This document shows positions 62,541 through 64,000 of a stretch of DNA of 64,000 nucleotides, in pieces. The notes beneath the pieces are model-generated. The model saw nothing but the letters and a program-made list of their open reading frames with translations, ran no database searches and had not been told where the DNA came from. Origin of the DNA: the human T2T-CHM13v2.0 reference genome, Homo sapiens; the NCBI GenBank assembly GCA_009914755.4, contig CP086569.2, positions 16,352,001 through 16,416,000 of the forward strand, given 5' to 3'. The translations under genes were made by a program, and so were the position numbers. Position 1 is the first letter of the stretch; every line of letters begins with the position of its first letter.

Positions 62541-64000
62541 CAAAGGGTTAATACCCAGAATCTACAAGGAATTTAAACAGATATACTAAGAAAAAAACAA
62601 ACAACCCCATGAACAGGTGGGGAAAGGATATGAACAGACACTTCTCAAAAGAAGACATTTATACAGCCAAGAAACATATGAAAAAAAGCTCATGATCACT
62701 GTCCTTAGAGAAATGCAAATCACAATCACAATGAGATAACATCTCATGCCAGTTAGAATGGTGATCATTAAAAAGGTAGGAAACAACAGATACTGGAGAG
62801 CATGTGAAGAAGTAGGAATGCTTTTATACTGTTTGTGGAACCGTAAATTCGTTCAACCATGGTGGAAGACAGCGTGGTGATTCCTTAGGGAGGCAGAACC
62901 AGAAATACTGTTTGACCCAGCAATCCTATTACTGGTTATACATCCAAAGGATTATAAATCATTCTACTATAAAGACATGTGCACACATAGTATTTATTGA
63001 AGCACTATTCACAATAGCAAAGACTAGGAACCAACACAAATACCCATCAATGACAGACTGGATAAAGAAAAGTGGCACATATACAGCATGGAACTAATCA
63101 GCCACCAAAAAGGATGAGTTCATGTCCTTTGTAGATACATAGATGAAGCTGGAAACCATCATTCTCAGCAAACTAACACAGAAACAGAAAACAAAACACT
63201 GCATATTCTCTCTCATAAGTGGGAGTTGAACCATGAGAACACATGGACACAGAGAGGGCAATATCAAACACTGGGGCCTCTTGGGAGGTGGGGGGCTATG
63301 GGAGGGATAGCATTAGAAGAAATACCTAATGTGGATAGATGACTGGTTGATGGGTGCAGCAAACCACCATGGGATGTGTATACCTATGTAACAAACCTGC
63401 ACGTTCTGCACATGTACCCCAGAACTTAAAGTATTGAAAAAATACAATAATAATAATAATAGTCCCAGGAAAAAATTATTTCTCTTTAAGCTTTCTTACC
63501 ACAAAAAAAATCTCTTTATTTTTATAACTTTCTTTATATCTCTTTTTATTTTCTGATTCCTTTCACCTTATTTCATATATAACCATTAAATAAGCTTTGA
63601 ATTAGACAAAACTTTTTCACCATTATTTGAAAAGGACACAAGTTTTTTTTTTTCTTAGGAAGAATGTTGTCCTACAATAAGTACTTTTTGGAAAACATCT
63701 AAATTATGAAATATCTACTATTTAATTTAATATAACTTTATATTCTAAATTATGACCCGTTTGTCTACAAGTATTTATCCTATGACATTTACCTGATTGT
63801 TTTGTTTTCATTAATTATTCATGAAAATTGTAATAGTTGTGATTTATAACTTTTAAAGTTACAAAAGTGCTATTGTAAAATTATAACTGAGAAAGTGAAG
63901 AAAGCTTTTACCTAACTGACTGCATCTTGCTCTTAACTTCCTAGCTGTCCTTGTTCATTCCTGGGCAAAGGCCAAAGTAACTTTGCAAGGAAATTAGTTT

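Larger units (their letters stand above)
59272..63460 (+). mobile_element. L1 (L1PA-type, moderately old) 5'-truncated copy of ~4.2 kb: ORF1 C-terminal end, inter-ORF, whole ORF2 region (frameshifted) and 3'UTR with A/TAA-rich tail
   Basis: ORF1 end cctgaaggaagcactaaatatggaaagaaaaaaccagtaacagccactgcaaaaacacactaaattg (LLKEALNMERKNQ.QPLQKHTKL). ORF2 start aaataatgacaagaacaaattcacacatgactatattaaccttaaatgtaaatgaattaaatgccccaattaaaagatgcaaactggcaatttggataaagagtcaagacccc. ORF2 fragments in track: 59726-59983 (endonuclease domain, ..HAPNTGTPRFIKQVL.DLQRDLD..TIIVGDFNTP...DRSTREKINKD.Q.LNS.LDQAELIDIYRTL), 61046-61572 (reverse transcriptase, [43 protein letters not shown] ... [13 protein letters not shown]), 61839-62540 ([31 protein letters not shown]...[29 protein letters not shown]...). 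3' end gggtgcagcaaaccaccatgggatgtgtatacctatgtaacaaacctgcacgttctgcacatgtaccccagaacttaaagtattgaaaaaatacaataataataataat. Confidence 0.93.

Overview
This window is primate, almost certainly human, nuclear genomic DNA. It is not a prokaryotic or phage locus, and I could not support any operon-style 'system' from the sequence. About 25 Alu SINEs are scattered through it, several with canonical A-rich tails and target-site duplications. Roughly 40% of the window is interspersed repeat. The content is:

- A full-length Tigger1 (pogo/CENP-B-like) DNA transposon at 2184-5162, split by two later Alu insertions, keeping a 316-aa transposase ORF remnant.
- Six LINE-1 fragments. Three short ones on the minus strand sit at 43.3 kb, 47.9 kb and 52.5-53.7 kb. 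A dense L1 cluster fills 55-63.5 kb, ending in a 4.2-kb 5'-truncated L1PA-like copy with recognisable ORF1 C-terminus and ORF2 pieces. Two older L1 fragments in the cluster are interrupted by MaLR (THE1/MST-type) solo LTRs.
- Two copies of a palindromic MITE-like DNA element, several ancient LTR-like and MIR fragments, and many microsatellites.

The only strong gene-like signal is a 1.3-kb CpG island at about 9980-11300, embedded in otherwise AT-rich, repeat-rich sequence. It is probably a promoter or first-exon region, possibly bidirectional. It contains an ATG followed by a GTGGGT splice-donor-like site and a signal-peptide-like ORF, but I cannot assign it to a known gene.

Other features worth a look:
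- A diverged minisatellite of about 62-bp units (32943-33450) in which each unit mimics an acceptor / 24-nt mini-exon / donor cassette.
- A roughly 630-bp pure polypyrimidine/polypurine tract (15330-15960).
- A near-consensus AluY with a perfect 15-bp target-site duplication, a candidate polymorphic insertion.
- Several local direct and inverted repeat pairs that may mark old duplications or unrecognised transposon termini.

Most ORFs in the supplied six-frame track fall inside repeats, GC-rich or low-complexity sequence and are not credible host genes. All coordinates are by-eye estimates, accurate to about 10 bp.
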